Assembly (NCBI GenBank): GCA_951406725.2
Contig: OX597820.1
Coordinates: 101,804,001 to 101,868,000, forward strand
Length of the DNA stretch: 64,000 nt
Reading direction: 5' to 3'
Origin: Octopus vulgaris
Lineage: Eukaryota
The first letter of the stretch is position 1. Every line of letters starts with the position of its first letter. The notes under the pieces were generated by a model. The model was not told the DNA's origin, made no database searches, and saw only the letters and a list, made by a program, of their open reading frames with translations. This document shows, one piece after another, positions 63,831-64,000 of this stretch. The position numbers were made by a program, and so were the translations under genes.

Positions 63831-64000
63831 CAGTGATTCCCAACGTGGTCTCTGGGGAAACAAAATTCAATAATTATTCCATAAGAATCAATAATGTATA
63901 ATATATAATCAATAATATATTACAATTAAGAATTACATAATTTAAATTTTACAATCACAATAGTTACATAATAAATTTGATATCTTTAATAGATCACTAC
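63831..64000. mobile_element. Possible left end of a hAT MITE
   Basis: cagtgattcccaacgtggtc resembles the other hAT TIRs here; the right end would lie outside the window. Confidence 0.4.

Overview
AT-rich, microsatellite- and repeat-dense animal genomic DNA. The SINE families look like those of an octopod cephalopod (inference from recalled Octopus repeats). The window lies mostly within long introns of one minus-strand gene, recognisable as a TP53I11 (PIG11) orthologue. Three phase-compatible coding exons (62754-62853, 58698-58799, 35280-35440) give ALVFPQHLYETAFEAVEGQCLTLPVRFYGAALLSLSWLFWSTLHAIDRDVIKTALITSILYFFAHVLVTSVFMMLSTLANTTSPILLLLSAITIISPSCYFYWAVSKEGRTKEGQGYHRFQ; the 5' exons lie beyond 64000, and candidate 3' exons lie near 35.1 kb, 6.4 kb and 2.5-2.8 kb. 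The introns hold at least four tRNA-derived SINE families, RTE and CR1-like LINE remnants, a decayed Penelope-like element, Helitron pieces, hAT, piggyBac-type and mariner MITEs, and a 5S rRNA copy. Most other ORFs in the track are microsatellite or SINE artefacts. Most notable: (1) short (TA)n-embedded insertions with inverted or tandem ends, three carrying type I hammerhead ribozyme folds, all antisense to the gene; (2) a 5S rRNA-SINE chimera; (3) a three-piece locally templated insertion; (4) a probable extended, alternatively spliced TP53I11 C-terminus. All homology calls are from recall, not database searches.
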